Shown: in pieces, positions 62,216 through 64,000 of the stretch
Layout: each line of letters begins with the position of its first letter
Numbering within the stretch: position 1 is the stretch's first letter
Assembly (NCBI GenBank): GCA_963662405.2
Contig: CAXXKT010000002.1
Location: 160,001-224,000 of the forward strand
Length of the DNA stretch: 64,000 bases
Direction of reading: 5' to 3'
Source: Syntrophales bacterium
Lineage (GTDB): Bacteria; Desulfobacterota; Syntrophia; Syntrophales; UBA2210
Notes under the pieces: model-generated
Database searches by the model: none
The model's input: only the letters and a program-made list of their open reading frames with translations
What the model was told of the DNA's origin: nothing
Position numbers and translations under genes: made by a program

Positions 62216-63535
62216 TTAACACTGTCCGCCGTCATCAACCCCTCGGATATATGCGAGGACCTTCATCTGGTCACGCAGGGGGGGGATGGAATCCCTGCGT
62301 GGGGCAACGGGAAACCGCCCGTTCGTCATAGTTGTCATCGCTTCCAGTGCTGCGAACATGTTCACGAGAGGAAAGCGGGCCGTCGTCAGGTAACGGATCA
62401 GCTTGAAGGTCTCAAACCCATCGAACCACCGGGCAAAATGATCGCGGAGATGGGCCTGATCACCGCTGTTGTCCACGAGTCGGGGCCACACCTCTCCGAA
62501 GCGACGAGAACGGAGAAATTCTCCCAGTGTCGGATGAATCTTCCCCGCACGGGCCAGGATAGTCTCCGGGTCTTGATCCGTGCACGATGACATATGGGAG
62601 AGCCATTCCTTGAGGACTCCAAAACAGCGAGGATCATAGAGGAGGTACTCGTTCTTCTCTCCTCCGGTAAAGCGGATGACCCGTTTGCCCGTCCCGAAGG
62701 GGACACGCTCCGATGCCCGTGCAGAGGGGTGGACGGTGGTTGCCGTGATCCTCTTCATCCGTCCCGTCTTCGCAAGCTTGTCGAGAAAGTAGAAATCCTC
62801 TCCCGCCCTGCGGGTATTCATCCCCCTGACGGCCGCGTACGCCCCGGCGGTGCACACCATCGTGGAACCGATGGAATGAAAGGCATAGGGCGACCCGGCG
62901 TACCGCAGACCGAGAACGTAATAGCGAAGAAAGAGTTCGTAGCAGCAGATGGCAGACTGCTCATCGGTCCGCTCGGCCGCCTGGTGGGCAAAGGAAACCA
63001 CGGCCGCAGCGAACTCATCCCGTTCAAAGACCTTTCGCACGGCGGATAGATAGGACGGCTCGACCAGTGTGTCGGCATCCAGGGAGGCGATTATCATGGG
63101 GCGATTGGTTCCATACACGAACACCCTCAGGGCGAGGTCCATCCCTATTTTTCTCGCGAGCCCCACCCCGGCGGTCTTCTCCGGCATCTCCAGTCCCGGC
63201 GTGGAGGCGTCGACATACCCGACCCGCAGACCATTGTCGTCCGAATCGGCAAGCCCCTGTAATCTCTCCAGAGTCTTTCGGTTGTCGGCAACATCCTTCG
63301 CCGATACACTATCGGGGGGCGCATTATTGACGACACAGAGAACGAGCGTGCGTTCGAGCTCCGCCCGGGGATTTTTTCCAAGACTGGCAAGAGTCGTGAA
63401 GAGGTGCTTCGATTCGGCAAGGGCGGGGATCACGACGACAGTGTCGATCCCCTCAAGCGATCGGGAGACGATGCGCCACCGGTCACCCACGGACCAGCGG
63501 GTCAGATATTTCTGAATATTCCGGTCGAGGGTCAT
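62216..63535 (-). CDS. GT-A fold (GT2-like) conserved protein
   Basis: VVIPALAE, GVGLARKIGMD, LDAD (DxD), GEDFYF, SERVPFGTG. Confidence 0.7.
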   Translation of the reverse strand: MTLDRNIQKYLTRWSVGDRWRIVSRSLEGIDTVVVIPALAESKHLFTTLASLGKNPRAELERTLVLCVVNNAPPDSVSAKDVADNRKTLERLQGLADSDDNGLRVGYVDASTPGLEMPEKTAGVGLARKIGMDLALRVFVYGTNRPMIIASLDADTLVEPSYLSAVRKVFERDEFAAAVVSFAHQAAERTDEQSAICCYELFLRYYVLGLRYAGSPYAFHSIGSTMVCTAGAYAAVRGMNTRRAGEDFYFLDKLAKTGRMKRITATTVHPSARASERVPFGTGKRVIRFTGGEKNEYLLYDPRCFGVLKEWLSHMSSCTDQDPETILARAGKIHPTLGEFLRSRRFGEVWPRLVDNSGDQAHLRDHFARWFDGFETFKLIRYLTTARFPLVNMFAALEAMTTMTNGRFPVAPRRDSIPPLRDQMKVLAYIRGVDDGGQC

Positions 63536-64000
63536 CCGACATGCCCCTCGACCAGTGTCCGGAGCACTTCGTAATCGGCACCGTCTATCCAGTGGATCAC
63601 GGTGCCCCGGCGTTCCATCCCCCTGAACCAGGTCATCTGCCGCTTGGCGAACTGGTGGATCCGCGTATTCAAAAGCCCGAACATCTCGTCAAAATCCATC
63701 TCCCCCTGGAGATAACGGCCCACGTACCGGTATTCGAGGCCGAACGAGTCCAGTCGTCCCCAGCTCACGCCTCGTTCATTGAGCGTTCTCACCTCATCGA
63801 TCATCCCCGCATCGAGACGCTCCCTGAGACGCCGGGTGATCCTCTCTCGCTGGATCGATCGATCCAATCGGATACCGATGACGAAGGGTGATATGACCGG
63901 GACTTCCGGTCCATCGCCTTGACGCGCCTCTTCATATTCCGCGATCTCGATAGCCCGGACGAGCCGATCTCGTTCCTCCGTATCCGTGGTGTTATGGAGG
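63532..64000 (-). CDS. miaA: tRNA dimethylallyltransferase (5' truncated by window)
   Basis: LHNTTD, RLVRAIEI, GMIDEV, GLEYR, FAKRQMTWFR. Confidence 0.92.
   Translation of the reverse strand, partial: LHNTTDTEERDRLVRAIEIAEYEEARQGDGPEVPVISPFVIGIRLDRSIQRERITRRLRERLDAGMIDEVRTLNERGVSWGRLDSFGLEYRYVGRYLQGEMDFDEMFGLLNTRIHQFAKRQMTWFRGMERRGTVIHWIDGADYEVLRTLVEGHVG

Noticed and set aside
1..64000. tRNA, rRNA, CRISPR arrays, defence systems
   Set aside because: None recognised by eye; small ncRNAs cannot be excluded without a covariance-model scan

Overview
Chromosomal segment, mostly housekeeping and metabolic genes. Gene style and content suggest an anaerobic deltaproteobacterium (Desulfobacterota, Syntrophales-like); this is inference. 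It holds about 60 CDSs: a livKHMGF-type ABC operon, a PAS/HD-GYP protein, a sigma28-driven MCP, many acyl-CoA enzymes (ACAD, acyl-CoA ligase, acs, enoyl-CoA hydratase, fused CoA-transferase, thioesterase), hsp20-lon, a PAS kinase/NarL-type regulator pair, korAB-type oxidoreductase, a DEAD helicase, coaBC-udg-nfeD-slipin, the xerD-TPR-kdsA-kdsC-lptCAB-rpoN-hpf-ptsN-rapZ cluster, mscS and a partial miaA. I saw no rRNA, tRNA or CRISPR array. Most notable: (1) a PEP-CTERM surface protein whose body carries the motifs of a Cys-Gln thioester (TED) adhesin domain; (2) a RAYT-type HUH transposase bracketed by perfect 24-bp terminal inverted repeats; (3) unannotated decayed alpha and beta halves of an ADP-forming acyl-CoA ligase, the beta remnant abutting a Pat-like GNAT that faces acs; (4) a membrane-anchored TPR protein in the Kdo/Lpt operon, which lacks kdsD; (5) several regulatory elements read directly from sequence. 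All calls come from motif recognition; no searches were run.
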